64,000 nt of DNA from an uncultured cyanobacterium (GTDB taxonomy: Bacteria > Cyanobacteriota > Cyanobacteriia > Cyanobacteriales > Nostocaceae): assembly GCA_963740315.1 (NCBI GenBank), contig CAVUDP010000004.1:864001-928000 (forward strand), in the 5' to 3' direction. Below are positions 63,285 through 64,000 of the stretch, one piece after another; within the stretch, counting starts at the first letter, position 1, and every line of letters starts with the position of its first letter. The notes beneath the pieces are model-generated. The model was not told the origin of the DNA. It made no database searches and saw only the letters and a list, made by a program, of their open reading frames with translations. The position numbers and the translations under genes were made by a program.

Positions 63285-64000
63285 TCATCCCAAGCGCTCC
63301 GAAAAATACCGACGATACAAATCGTAGCTAGGAACACAATCATTACCTAAAAGCTTCACCAATCCCATGCTATGTAGTTTAAACCCAATTTCCGTATCAA
63401 GTCGCACGGGTTTGTTTGCTGTCACCACTTTTTTATAAGCTGACTCCAACTGAGGATTATGTTGTAAATTCCATAATTGTTCCCGCAGATGGTTGCTAAA
63501 AATCCCCTCTTCTGTAGGCGCAAGATTTAAAAGTTGCTCTAAAGTTATTTGTTTCGTTTTGAGATTGGTAATAGCTTGCTGTATTAAATAAGGATGTCCC
63601 CCTACCAACTCCATTAATTTATTTAAACTTTCCTCTCCCAACTGAATATTGCGATCGTAGTGCTTGGCAATAGTTTCTACTTGTTGCAGATTAAACTCAG
63701 GTAAATCAATTGCTATCCCAACATTAAACGGTGAGTGATTGGTATCCAAACAAGGATAAGCTTCAGTAGAATGAACCACCACTAACCGCAGTTTATGCCA
63801 AATTTGACCAATCCTGTCTCCTTGTTTAGCACATTCATACCATCCCCGGAGCAGCAAGCAGAATTGAGGGAAAATATCGGGATGTTCAAACAGTCGCTCA
63901 AAATTATCGATCGCAAAAACTAAAGGTTTATCATTAACAGATAATAAATATTTTTGAAAATAACGGGTACAGTTTTTATTCAGCCCATAAATATCATTCC
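63285..64000 (-). CDS. C-terminal part of a second AAA-like (AAA_35) protein; start lies outside the window
   Basis: Frame open to the window edge (KPLVFAIDNFE..LLRGWYE, SPFNVG, LVGGHPYL, LYRRYF). Confidence 0.85.
   Translation of the reverse strand, partial: NDIYGLNKNCTRYFQKYLLSVNDKPLVFAIDNFERLFEHPDIFPQFCLLLRGWYECAKQGDRIGQIWHKLRLVVVHSTEAYPCLDTNHSPFNVGIAIDLPEFNLQQVETIAKHYDRNIQLGEESLNKLMELVGGHPYLIQQAITNLKTKQITLEQLLNLAPTEEGIFSNHLREQLWNLQHNPQLESAYKKVVTANKPVRLDTEIGFKLHSMGLVKLLGNDCVPSYDLYRRYFSERLG

Overview
AT-rich chromosomal DNA from a filamentous, probably Nostocales-type, cyanobacterium. This is inferred from frequent HIP1 GCGATCGC sites, STRR tandem repeats, REP/SDR-like palindromes and a purK-6S RNA pair. 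Most genes are housekeeping or conserved cyanobacterial genes (COG0523 GTPase, sufE, dapB, HtrA, menH, cbiG-cobJ, a PRK-family kinase, radC, purK, an M16 peptidase pair, an AAA-like/GUN4 pair). Two regions stand out. (1) 9603-17411 is a four-layer nested insertion whose junctions I could reconstruct base by base. A higB-higA toxin-antitoxin operon is interrupted four codons before the higB stop by a tnpA-less IS607-type tnpB element (about 9924-16297). Its tnpB is interrupted at the RuvC-III motif by a group II intron (11189-16181). That intron's RT gene is interrupted at the PQGG motif by a second, intact group II intron (12552-14966). (2) 33180-52486 is a Wzx/Wzy exopolysaccharide cluster that contains two tandemly duplicated stand-alone NRPS-like genes (truncated C-A-T-TE). 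They have different predicted amino-acid specificities and an atypical thioesterase, which suggests aminoacylation of the polysaccharide. A second solo tnpB IS sits just upstream of dapB, and cbiG-cobJ is frameshifted inside an 8-bp repeat tract. All calls come from reading motifs by eye; no database searches were run.
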